From NCBI GenBank assembly GCA_018902845.1, contig JAHIPV010000001.1, forward strand, positions 12,124-76,123: a DNA stretch of 64,000 nt, in the 5' to 3' direction. Numbering within the stretch: position 1 is the stretch's first letter; the number at the start of each line of letters is the position of its first letter. Shown here one piece after another: positions 37,737-46,425 of this stretch. The notes below the pieces were generated by a model. That model saw only the letters and a list, made by a program, of their open reading frames with translations, had not been told where the DNA came from and made no database searches. The DNA is from Patescibacteria group bacterium (GTDB lineage: Bacteria; Patescibacteriota; Microgenomatia; UBA12405). The position numbers and the translations under genes are program-made.

Positions 37737-39476
37737 GTGATTAAAAAAATTTTTTCTCTTTTTTCTTTTTTATTTTTTTTACTAATCACGGTTTACAGTT
37801 TTTTCATTGCTAATTTTGCATTTGCCACTACCATCGATCAAGAAATTGCAGAAATCACCAAAAGAATATCAGAACTAGAAACAGCCATAGGGCCTCTCAA
37901 AGAAGAATCAGTTGATATTCAAAAAAAGATTAAATCGGCCAAAGATCAAATCTATCTAACCGAAGAACAAATAAAAAACACCGATCAAAAACTTATTGAC
38001 AAAGAAGCTGACTTGGAAGTTCAAAAACTGCTTCTTTCAGAAAGGGTCAAAAGGCTTTACAAAAACACCAAAAAATTCAACCCTTTACTGATATTTTTTT
38101 CAACTTCGCAAGGATCCAGTCTAATCCGCCAGTATTCCTGGTACCAATCCATAATCAACCAAGACACAAAACTTATCACCAGTTTCAATAAGGAAATTTT
38201 TGATCTTAACAACAACAAGGCAGAATTAAAAAAACAAAAAATCAAAATAGACGCCATCAAAAAAACTCTTGAAGACCGTTTTGGTTTTCTGTCGGGAGAA
38301 ATAAAAAAAGCTGAAGATTACAAAGCCGAGTTAACCAAAAAGCAACAATCTCTTATTGCCGAAAAAACAGCCATGTTTAATACCTCGGTTGGTGATGTTT
38401 CTTCATCTCAAGATCCAGCTTCCCGCGCTGATTATAATCCGGGTTTTGCTCCCGCCTTTGCTGTCTTTTCCTTTGGTGCTCCTCATCGCAAGGGCATGAG
38501 TCAATTTGGTGCTTTTGGTAGAAGTAAGCAAGGACAAGGTTATGAAAATATACTAAAAGCCTATTATGGCAATATCAGAATTGAAACGGTTGATACCCCC
38601 GGGTCAATTAGCACTTCTGTTGGAAGTTTGCCTTTTGAAGACAATTATCTTATTGGAATTGCCGAAATGCCAGCCAAATGGGGAGGGGAAGGGGGTATGG
38701 AGGCTCTAAGAGCTCAAGCAATTGCCGCCAGAACCTACGCCCTGTCTTATATTGGTTGGCGAATGGCAAATCGCAATGCCATCGGTTCTATTTGCACTAC
38801 CGAAGCCTGTCAGGTCTATTCGTCTTCTCGTCTTAATAATCCTGGTCTTTGGAAGCAGGCAGTCCAGGAAACTAGAGGCAAAATAATAGTCAGCAATGCT
38901 ACCAATGATGTTTTCTCTACTATGTATGCCTCTACTGCCGGTGGCGCTCTTTATTCTTATTCGTCCCTCGGTCATTCCACTCCTCAAGTTTGGGACACCA
39001 GTTGCAATAATCAATCTTGTTGGCCAAATGATGCTTATGAAAAAGTCTCTGATTCTCCCTGGTATTACAAAGGTTGGTACAAAACCAGAAGTAATCTCTC
39101 ATGTGGTCGTTCTCATCCCTGGCTTAATCAAAACGAGTTTACCGATGTTCTAAATGCTGTTTTGTATTACTCACAAACGTCTGATTCCTCCCATCTTTCC
39201 CAAACAAATTCCGGTGGTTGCTTCGGTGGCGATGATCCTAATGCCTGGAATTATGACGAACTTCGTCGTCAAACCGAAAGCCACGGTGGTCCGATTTCAG
39301 CCATCAATTCTATTCATGTCGATTATTCTACTGGTGGTTATACTCACAAAGTTAGGGTTGAAACAGACAAGGGTGGCTTTACCTTCGACGGTGAAGATTT
39401 CAAAAAAATCTTTATCCTCCGCGCCCCCGGAGCCATAACCATCAAATCCGGTCTATTTAACATAGAAAAAAAATAA
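37737..39476 (+). CDS. SpoIID/LytB-domain protein with an N-terminal coiled coil
   Basis: N-terminal TM then EnvC-like coiled coil. Then AEMPAKWGGEGGMEALRAQAIAARTYA SpoIID/LytB signature. Confidence 0.65.
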   Translation: MIKKIFSLFSFLFFLLITVYSFFIANFAFATTIDQEIAEITKRISELETAIGPLKEESVDIQKKIKSAKDQIYLTEEQIKNTDQKLIDKEADLEVQKLLLSERVKRLYKNTKKFNPLLIFFSTSQGSSLIRQYSWYQSIINQDTKLITSFNKEIFDLNNNKAELKKQKIKIDAIKKTLEDRFGFLSGEIKKAEDYKAELTKKQQSLIAEKTAMFNTSVGDVSSSQDPASRADYNPGFAPAFAVFSFGAPHRKGMSQFGAFGRSKQGQGYENILKAYYGNIRIETVDTPGSISTSVGSLPFEDNYLIGIAEMPAKWGGEGGMEALRAQAIAARTYALSYIGWRMANRNAIGSICTTEACQVYSSSRLNNPGLWKQAVQETRGKIIVSNATNDVFSTMYASTAGGALYSYSSLGHSTPQVWDTSCNNQSCWPNDAYEKVSDSPWYYKGWYKTRSNLSCGRSHPWLNQNEFTDVLNAVLYYSQTSDSSHLSQTNSGGCFGGDDPNAWNYDELRRQTESHGGPISAINSIHVDYSTGGYTHKVRVETDKGGFTFDGEDFKKIFILRAPGAITIKSGLFNIEKK

Positions 39477-39480
39477 AACA

Positions 39481-39990
39481 GTGATCTTAGTCTATGCTTT
39501 TTCAAACAGGTGGTCAACCAACATTTCATCAAGAACACTTCTTGATCTTCAAAGATCGTCAGACCAATCCAAAAATATCACTTTTCAAAAAATTTTTTTC
39601 CATCCAAATCAATTTTTTCAAAGACATATCAAAAACAAAAATTATTCTTTAATAATCGGGCTGGGTGATTTTTTTGGCCAATTGCAAAGAATAAAGATAG
39701 AAACACAGGCAAAAAACCAATACGGCAAAAAAAATATTTCTCCCTCCTCGCCCTTTTCATTAAAACTAAGCTTGCCATTATTAACAGATGTTGACAAAAG
39801 TAAATTTTTGCTCAGTTCAAATATGGGTATCTACAACTGTAATTGGATAGCTTATCAGACCCAACTATATTTAAATCAAAAACATCCCCAAACAAAACAC
39901 ATCTTTTTCCATCTTCCAAAAAAACAAAAACCACTTTTTTTATCAAAAAGCATTTTTGATTTATTAACAACCAATCAAATGTTAAAATAA
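39481..39990 (+). CDS. Low-complexity hypothetical ORF (possibly a decayed gene) whose 3' end is duplicated downstream of the MNT-HEPN cassette
   Basis: No family match. Its C-terminus NQMLK* (aatcaaatgttaaaataa) recurs at 40703-40720. Confidence 0.25.
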   Translation: MILVYAFSNRWSTNISSRTLLDLQRSSDQSKNITFQKIFFHPNQFFQRHIKNKNYSLIIGLGDFFGQLQRIKIETQAKNQYGKKNISPSSPFSLKLSLPLLTDVDKSKFLLSSNMGIYNCNWIAYQTQLYLNQKHPQTKHIFFHLPKKQKPLFLSKSIFDLLTTNQMLK

Positions 39991-39993
39991 CCT

Positions 39994-40314
39994 GTGGACA
40001 AAGCCAGCAAATCACGCATTATTTTGACAGACAAAGAACTCAAGCAGGTTACTGGAATTGTTAAAAAGCACATCAACCTAAAAAAGTATAAAGCCTTTAT
40101 TTTTGGATCCAGAGTAATCGGCAACGCTCAAAAATATTCAGACATAGATATTGGCATTAAAGGCCATAGTCCTTTGCCTGTTATTACCAAGTTTAATCTT
40201 GAAGATGACTTTGAAAATTCAAAATTACCTTATTTGGTTGATGTTGTAGATTTTTTTTCTGTTTCAAAAGATTTTGAAAAATTAGCCAAATCAAGTATGA
40301 TTCAAATAGAATAA
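39994..40314 (+). CDS. Minimal nucleotidyltransferase (MNT) antitoxin-like protein
   Basis: FIFGSRVIGNAQKYSDIDIGI (GS..G...SDID). Confidence 0.7.
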   Translation: MDKASKSRIILTDKELKQVTGIVKKHINLKKYKAFIFGSRVIGNAQKYSDIDIGIKGHSPLPVITKFNLEDDFENSKLPYLVDVVDFFSVSKDFEKLAKSSMIQIE

Positions 40315-40703
40315 TGACAAAAAAAGATATTCTACTCCAGCAACTTGTCGCAGCAAAAAACAAGCTCAAAGAAGCGTTAAATCTAGAGCCTACAGAGTTC
40401 CACAAATTAGCTACTATACAAATTTTTGAAATTACTTTTGAATTATCATGGAAATATATTCAGCAGATCTTGCAATTTTCTGGAGTAATACCATTCAATA
40501 GCCCTAGAAAAATTATAAGGCAAGCAGGCAAGGTCGGTTTAGTCGATGATGTTACTGCATGGCTTAATTTAGTAGATGCTCGAAATATTACTGTCCATAC
40601 TTACGACGAATATTCGGCTAATCAGGTCTACAAAAAACTAAACTCAGTACCAGAGCTGGTTGACAAATTACTACAAAAAGCAAAAGAATTTAATCAATCC
40701 TAA
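40314..40703 (+). CDS. HEPN-domain protein (HI0074-family nucleotidyltransferase substrate-binding protein)
   Basis: DARNITVHTY HEPN Rx4-6H motif. Immediately follows the MNT gene with start/stop overlap. Confidence 0.7.
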   Translation: MTKKDILLQQLVAAKNKLKEALNLEPTEFHKLATIQIFEITFELSWKYIQQILQFSGVIPFNSPRKIIRQAGKVGLVDDVTAWLNLVDARNITVHTYDEYSANQVYKKLNSVPELVDKLLQKAKEFNQS

Positions 40704-40722
40704 TCAAATGTTAAAATAAGTC

Positions 40723-41457
40723 ATGCCTCGTACAAAAGATCTCGATACAGTTGCCCCAGATGATCTAATTTCTGCCTCTCCCCGTAAGCCAAACAAGCCA
40801 AAGCGCAGTCACCCGCAAGGGGGGAAACCAAAAAAACAAACATCAAAATCTGCCGATCAGCAATATCGCCAAAAAGTTTACAAACTAATCGGGCACACCA
40901 AGCATCCCTTGTCTTCATTCTTGGCTCGGCCTAAAGTCTTTGATTTTGATGATCGCGACGGAGAAGAAGAAATCATACTCGTTTTACGTCGTCACTGGTT
41001 TACTAATTTAAACTGGATCTTGGTTTTCACTCTTATGCTGATTTTTCCATCTTTTCTTGATTTTGTCCCTCTCTTGGAATCATTTCCACCTCGCTATAAT
41101 CTGCTTTTTGTAATTTTTTGGTATTTAATTTCTTTCGCCGTTGCTTTCGAAAATTTTTTATCTTGGTATTTTAATGTTTTTATAGTCACGGAAGAAAGAG
41201 TGGTAGATATAGATTTTAATAATCTTCTTAACAAAGAAATTTCCGATGCCAAAATATCCATGATTCAAGACGTTACCTACACTGTCACCGGCGTCAGTCA
41301 AACCATTTTTAACTATGGTGATGTTTTCATTCAAACCGCCGCAGAAATACCCGTTATCGAGATAAGCCAGATTCCTAATCCAAACACTGTTGCCAAAATA
41401 TTACAGCAAATGAGATTAGAAGAAGAGCAGGAAGCATTGGAAGGGAGGATAAAATGA
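40723..41457 (+). CDS. Membrane protein with a bacterial PH-like (DUF304/YdbT-like) domain, putative
   Basis: Basic N-terminal tail, two TM helices, then a beta-rich segment (VTEERVVDIDF...VTYTVTGVSQTIFNYGDVFIQT) reminiscent of bPH_2. Confidence 0.4.
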   Translation: MPRTKDLDTVAPDDLISASPRKPNKPKRSHPQGGKPKKQTSKSADQQYRQKVYKLIGHTKHPLSSFLARPKVFDFDDRDGEEEIILVLRRHWFTNLNWILVFTLMLIFPSFLDFVPLLESFPPRYNLLFVIFWYLISFAVAFENFLSWYFNVFIVTEERVVDIDFNNLLNKEISDAKISMIQDVTYTVTGVSQTIFNYGDVFIQTAAEIPVIEISQIPNPNTVAKILQQMRLEEEQEALEGRIK

Positions 41458-41672
41458 CGAACTTGTTTGGTGCTTATATCTTAACAACAGCCAAGTTTTT
41501 ATCTATCTTTGGGTCTGTCTTGTATTCTATTTTTGCTTTTGTTGTTGTTCGCCAGGTTACCCTTATGTGTAAAAATGTTTACGACAAATTCAACTCTATA
41601 CTAATTACCTTTTCTTACATCCATTTTTTCACCGCCCTTCTCCTCATCCCTCTTACTCTCATTTTCCTATAG
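41454..41672 (+). CDS. Small hypothetical membrane protein
   Basis: 72 aa, two TM helices. Translationally coupled (4-nt overlap) to the upstream gene. Confidence 0.3.
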   Translation: MTNLFGAYILTTAKFLSIFGSVLYSIFAFVVVRQVTLMCKNVYDKFNSILITFSYIHFFTALLLIPLTLIFL

Positions 41673-41698
41673 TTCCTTTCTTGTTGTAATATTAATTA

Positions 41699-43528
41699 AT
41701 GTACTATACCTGCCGTTCGTTTATTGGAGCAGTTTCTGACAACAATTGGTCCCGCTATTGGGAAAACGAACCCGACGATCCTTTAATCGCTTCGTCAAAA
41801 GGACATCTTTTTGCTCTGCTTTCTTTAAGCAACAAATCAGCCCTAATTCCACAAGACAACATTGCCTCAATTGGCCATAAATTAACGGAAAAACTTAACC
41901 AAATATATTTTTTCGATTCCGAAACAAATATAGAAGTATGTCTCAAGCAAGCTGTTACTGATCTTTGTAATCAATCTTCAGGCGATTTTGACATAAGCTT
42001 AATCGTAGCCGTAGTTCATCAAAACACTTTTTATGCCTGTACTTACAATTCAGGCAATATCTCTATAATTCGCCAAAATCAAATCAGCCAGATTCTTGCC
42101 TCAAAAGATCAAGACATTACTTTCGTATCCGGACCGCTTCAGGACAAAGATAAATTTTTCTTTTATAACAACGATATTATTGATCTAATAACATGGCCAA
42201 AAATAAAAAAAATTCTATCACTCAACAAGCTTGAACTTATAGAGGAAAATCTTCTTCCTTCCCTCTATTCGGACAAAAACGAATTTTTCCCTGCCGCCGC
42301 CATTATAGAAATACACCAGCCGGAAGAAGAAAGTAAAAAACAAGAAATAGAAATTCCGCTTAAAAGTCACCCCAAAACACCTTTTTTCAAAAAAATTTTT
42401 AAACCAAAAAACATTATTGTATCTCCTCACCAATTAACCCAGATCAGTAAAAGGCGCCGGCTTAACTTGATCATTGTTTTTCTTTCTCTTTTAGGCCTTG
42501 CCGCCAGTACTTACTTTGGTTATCAAAAAAACTCTCAGAACAAAACAGAATCCAGTTTCCAGTCTTTAAAAGGGGACTTAGAGAAAAAAATCACCGACAT
42601 TCTAGCTATAAAAACTATTAATTTAGATACAGCCTCCCAGCTTTCACTTCAAGCTCAGTTAGTTCTGGACAAAATGAAAGAGCTAGAAATTCATCAAGAC
42701 GAAGTAAGCAAATATCAGCAAACGATTACTTCTCTGCTTTCTCAAACCGGCTCTTCCAATGCATTTCAACCGGACTCATTTTTCGACCTTTCTCTGATCG
42801 TAAGTCAGCCGTCCTTTTCAAAAATGATCTTACATCAGGACAAAATTTATTTATTGGATAATCAAAAAGCTCGTATAGATTCAGTAGATATTTTTCAAAA
42901 ATCAATCGATAACATTTCCATGGATGACAAAATCAAACAAACTCAAAATATTTTTATAAACAACAACAAAGTTTTTGCTCAAAATCCAGATACTATTTAT
43001 CAGCTTTCCAAAAATAATTGGCAGGCAAAAATTAACCTAAAAGAAAGCCAGCCGGATCTAAATATTATTGATATTCAGTCCTGGAACAATGCTATTTATC
43101 TATTGGATTCAAACACTCCTTCTGTTTGGAAATTTAATCCCAGCGCAGACTCCTTTGGGTCAATTCAAAACTGGATAAAAGAAGATAATTTTTCCAATCA
43201 AGCAACCTCAATAGCTATAAACGGAAAAATTTGGATTCTAAAAAAAGACGGAACCATTCTTTCATATTTAAGAGGAGAAGAGGATCCATACAAACAGAAC
43301 AAGGAAGGGGATTTCAAAGATACCTCTAATTTGCTTACCACTCCTGACACTAATCTCTTGGTTTTTACAGATGACTCGGTCATTATTTATGTCTACGACA
43401 AAGAAGGCCAATCAATTGCTAAATACAATCTGGGAGATAAAAAAATCCACGATATCTGTATTCACCAAAGCAGTAATATCCTTTTTGTTCTATGTCACGA
43501 CCAAAAAATCTACAAAATTGCGCTATAA
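41699..43528 (+). CDS. Large hypothetical protein: N-terminal PP2C-like (possibly degenerate) domain, one TM helix, C-terminal beta-rich (propeller-like) region
   Basis: GHLFALLSLS...ISLIVAVVHQNTFYACTYNSGNISIIRQNQ resembles PPM phosphatase motifs. TM LNLIIVFLSLLGLAASTYFGY. C-terminal repeated WxxxIYLLD / IWILKKDGTI blocks. Confidence 0.4.
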   Translation: MYYTCRSFIGAVSDNNWSRYWENEPDDPLIASSKGHLFALLSLSNKSALIPQDNIASIGHKLTEKLNQIYFFDSETNIEVCLKQAVTDLCNQSSGDFDISLIVAVVHQNTFYACTYNSGNISIIRQNQISQILASKDQDITFVSGPLQDKDKFFFYNNDIIDLITWPKIKKILSLNKLELIEENLLPSLYSDKNEFFPAAAIIEIHQPEEESKKQEIEIPLKSHPKTPFFKKIFKPKNIIVSPHQLTQISKRRRLNLIIVFLSLLGLAASTYFGYQKNSQNKTESSFQSLKGDLEKKITDILAIKTINLDTASQLSLQAQLVLDKMKELEIHQDEVSKYQQTITSLLSQTGSSNAFQPDSFFDLSLIVSQPSFSKMILHQDKIYLLDNQKARIDSVDIFQKSIDNISMDDKIKQTQNIFINNNKVFAQNPDTIYQLSKNNWQAKINLKESQPDLNIIDIQSWNNAIYLLDSNTPSVWKFNPSADSFGSIQNWIKEDNFSNQATSIAINGKIWILKKDGTILSYLRGEEDPYKQNKEGDFKDTSNLLTTPDTNLLVFTDDSVIIYVYDKEGQSIAKYNLGDKKIHDICIHQSSNILFVLCHDQKIYKIAL

Positions 43529-43538
43529 TTCCCCTTAA

Positions 43539-43955
43539 ATGAATTATTTCAACAAAAATTCACTAGACTATAAATTTATAGAAAAGTTCGAGGCTGGTTT
43601 AGTTTTAACCGGCTCAGACGCAAAATCATTGCGCACCCAAGGTATTCAATTTGGTGCCGTCAAAGTCGAGATAATAAACAACCGTCCTTTTTTGATTAAC
43701 TTAGATATTCCACTTTATAAATTCACCTCAAAAAATACTCTCTACGATACTACCCGCAATCGCGCCTTGCTCTTAAATTACAAACAAATCGCCAAACTAA
43801 TTTCCTACCGCAAGCAAAAATATATGATTATACCCATCTCAATTTACATCAAAAACAATTTCTTCAAAGCCGAAATTGGCATTGGCCGCAAAATGCGTAA
43901 ATACGAAAAACGCCAAAAAATAAAAGACAAAGAAATGAAGAAAAAACTTGGTTAA
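43539..43955 (+). CDS. smpB: SsrA-binding protein SmpB
   Basis: FEAGLVLTGSDAKSLR...TTRNRALLLNYKQI...KAEIGIGRKMRKYEKRQ SmpB signature blocks. Confidence 0.8.
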   Translation: MNYFNKNSLDYKFIEKFEAGLVLTGSDAKSLRTQGIQFGAVKVEIINNRPFLINLDIPLYKFTSKNTLYDTTRNRALLLNYKQIAKLISYRKQKYMIIPISIYIKNNFFKAEIGIGRKMRKYEKRQKIKDKEMKKKLG

Positions 43956-44057
43956 TCCAATAATTCATGTTTCTTCAAAAAAGCTTTCCCGGAACCCGTT
44001 TTTAAGTACTTCTCAAATTTAATAGCAACTTTTCTGTCCGCTCCCAGTCTATCAAAA

Positions 44058-44132
44058 AAAAAGAGGACCTGTCCTGTAGTTAAAAACGAAAAGAGGACCT
44101 GTCCTCCGTAGCTCCAGTTCACTGGAGCGAAG
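44058..44132 (-). terminator. Tandem intrinsic terminators for the minus-strand transcript
   Basis: Two copies of AAAGAGGACCTGTCCT. On the minus strand each forms a GAGGA-CAGG-TCCTC hairpin followed by a T-run; a CTCCAGTGAACTGGAG hairpin lies just upstream. Confidence 0.45.
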
Positions 44133-44464
44133 GAGGAGATGCTCAGGTATGACCCGAGGTCCAAAAAACGATTTAAAAAACTTACTACAAGCTTAACTTG
44201 CTTAAAACTTAATCTTTGAAAAACAAAACAAGTCAATTTTTCCAAAGTGTCGATTGTTTGTGATTCTACTCACTCTTAAATAATTCAAGAATCGAGACTC
44301 AAATTATCGTGTTCCAGTTTAGTTGACACCCTTACTTATTCCCTCTGGAATAGAAAATAAAAGGATGACTCTCTCGCTTAAGCCTAAGCTACAGCAAGAT
44401 TTAAATTGAAATTGCTACCGGTAGAATAACCGACACCACTTTCAACTCTCGAAAGATTAGCCCC
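44085..44464 (-). ncRNA. ssrA: Candidate tmRNA (ssrA), tentative
   Basis: Minus-strand 5' end GGGGCTAATCTTTCGAGAGTTG resembles the tmRNA 5' tRNA-like end. It is followed ~50 nt later by a short reading frame AAT TTC AAT TTA AAT CTT GCT GTA GCT TAG GCT TAA (tag ...NFNLNLAVA with tandem stops). Convergent with smpB. The 3' tRNA-like end could not be identified. Confidence 0.25.
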
Positions 44465-44633
44465 AGCAAGAGCTAGGACATTTCTTAAAGCACTGCCGAA
44501 TGTATTGGCATGTTTTTTTTGATTTTGTTTTACGGCTGTTAATCAAAGCCGGCTTGCAGTTTTTTAAAGTGCATTTTCTGTCGATGCAATTACATCTCCT
44601 TGAGCACAAATTATACCAAAAATTTCGCCAAAG

Positions 44634-45683
44634 TCAATCCTTTATGTCTCTTTCCATTCTATCCAGTCCTATCCATATTATTATATTAAAAATCAGTCCA
44701 AACACAGCTGAAAATTGCTCAAAATAAAATCTAAAAATAGACGATAAAAATATACTTACCAACAATCCTCTCTGAAAAAACCCTAATCCTTCTCTTTTTT
44801 GTTTTCTCCAAATCAACACTAATCCAGCCACAAACATCCCCGCAATCAAAGTATCAGAAAATATCTTCATCGTTAGCATCAAGCCATGTGTTTTTGAAAA
44901 CATAAAAGTATTTTTATAGATATTTACCGCTTCTCCCGGGTCAAAATGAAGAAATATTCCAACAGTGCTAAATAATCCTTCTAAGATATATCCGGCAGAC
45001 AAAAGCAGTAACAAACTCGTTATTGTCTTTCTTTTAAAAATTTTATGATATCCGAAGAATTTTAATTTTTTCCACAATAGATTTGAAGATCTAATTTTTT
45101 TATTTTTTTTACTTGGCAGTTCCACTATCATTTTTCTCAAAGCTATAGAAAGATTATTTATTTTTCCACTTGTTTTTCTCTCCAGTTCTCCCAGCTTTTC
45201 TAATATTTCCTTTTTTTCTCTATTTTCAAAATCTCTTTCTGCAATTTCTTCTAACCCGTTAATTATTTGATAAAGCAGGCTTTTTACGTCTTTTGTCTGT
45301 ATTTTTTCAAAATATCTATATAGCAAAAACATCAATATAAAAAATACATACATAAACACAATTGCAGGTTGAAAAAAATAATCATTATCATGTGATAAAA
45401 ATTTACCTATTTCATCAATAAACCATCCCAAACCAACCCCAAAAATTATCGACGCTTTTTTTCTGGTTTTTTCTCCATGAAAAACCAAAGTCAATATCAT
45501 TCCAACAACCATTGCTAATCCTCCCCACAAAACATGGGCAACGTGCCATTTTTCATTACTGATTTCCGGATATCCGGTTAATTCCAAAAATAATCGTGTT
45601 CCCAGTAAACTGCCAACGGCCGAGATCATTATTATCAACAACATTTTGCTTCCGCTTTCTCTCTTTACCAATTTCAACTTCAT
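44634..45683 (-). CDS. Hypothetical polytopic membrane protein
   Basis: 349 aa, >6 predicted TM helices plus a central charged cytoplasmic segment. No family recognised. Confidence 0.45.
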   Translation of the reverse strand: MKLKLVKRESGSKMLLIIMISAVGSLLGTRLFLELTGYPEISNEKWHVAHVLWGGLAMVVGMILTLVFHGEKTRKKASIIFGVGLGWFIDEIGKFLSHDNDYFFQPAIVFMYVFFILMFLLYRYFEKIQTKDVKSLLYQIINGLEEIAERDFENREKKEILEKLGELERKTSGKINNLSIALRKMIVELPSKKNKKIRSSNLLWKKLKFFGYHKIFKRKTITSLLLLLSAGYILEGLFSTVGIFLHFDPGEAVNIYKNTFMFSKTHGLMLTMKIFSDTLIAGMFVAGLVLIWRKQKREGLGFFQRGLLVSIFLSSIFRFYFEQFSAVFGLIFNIIIWIGLDRMERDIKD

Positions 45684-45738
45684 ACCTTCATTCTAACTGC
45701 TTATTGAAAATTGTAAATTGAAAATTGAAAATTAACTC

Positions 45739-46425
45739 ATGTCTTTTTTTCTGGATTTTTTATTTCCGTCTCGCTGTTATTCCTGTCAAAAAATCGGTCA
45801 GTATATTTGTCCAAAATGTCGGGTAAAACTAATTAACAAAGGCATTGATCCTTTTTTATCAAAAAAACTAGAAGCCTCTCTGTCTCTTTTTAAATATCAC
45901 CCGCCTCTAATCAAAGTTCTTCAAGATTTAAAATATCATTTTATTACCCATTTGGCCGATGAATTAGTTGAAATCGCAGTCAAAGAAATAGAAACAAGAT
46001 ATCCTTCCCTGCTCAAATACTGGCAAGCAAATAACTACCTATTAATTCCAATTCCATTACATCAAAAACGTCTAAACTGGCGCGGTTTTAATCAATCAGC
46101 CTTGCTGGCAAAAAAACTTGCTTACAATCTCAAGCTCCAATACTCAGACCAAATCCTTTTTAGGCTTAAATATACTCAACCACAAGCAAAAATCAAAAAT
46201 AAAAGTTTTCGCGCCACTAATATTTCCAATTCCTTTTCAGTTAGCACACTTGTCACCCCGCCGTGGCGGGGTCCCGTCGGAAATGTAAAAATTACATTTT
46301 CTCAATTTACTAACATAATTCTTTTTGACGATATTATCACCACCGGTTCCACCATAAAATCTGCCGTAGATACTCTAACAAAACACAATTTTAAATCAAT
46401 TTGGGCTCTTTCTTTGGCTGGTTAA
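45739..46425 (+). CDS. comFC: ComF-family protein (ComFC-like phosphoribosyltransferase with N-terminal zinc ribbon) carrying an in-frame repeat insertion
   Basis: CYSCQKIGQYICPKCR zinc ribbon and C-terminal PRTase motif ILFDDIITTGSTIKSA. Segment VSTLVTPPWRGPVGNVKITFSQF is encoded by the GC-rich element at 46250-46293. Confidence 0.65.
   Translation: MSFFLDFLFPSRCYSCQKIGQYICPKCRVKLINKGIDPFLSKKLEASLSLFKYHPPLIKVLQDLKYHFITHLADELVEIAVKEIETRYPSLLKYWQANNYLLIPIPLHQKRLNWRGFNQSALLAKKLAYNLKLQYSDQILFRLKYTQPQAKIKNKSFRATNISNSFSVSTLVTPPWRGPVGNVKITFSQFTNIILFDDIITTGSTIKSAVDTLTKHNFKSIWALSLAG
46250..46293. repeat. GC-rich palindromic element (family A) inside comFC, in-frame
   Basis: ttgtcaccccgccgtggcggggtcccgtcggaaatgtaaaaa. 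Compare gtcatcccgagcg..gtcgagggatcccgtcggaactgtaaaag at 28930. Confidence 0.7.
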
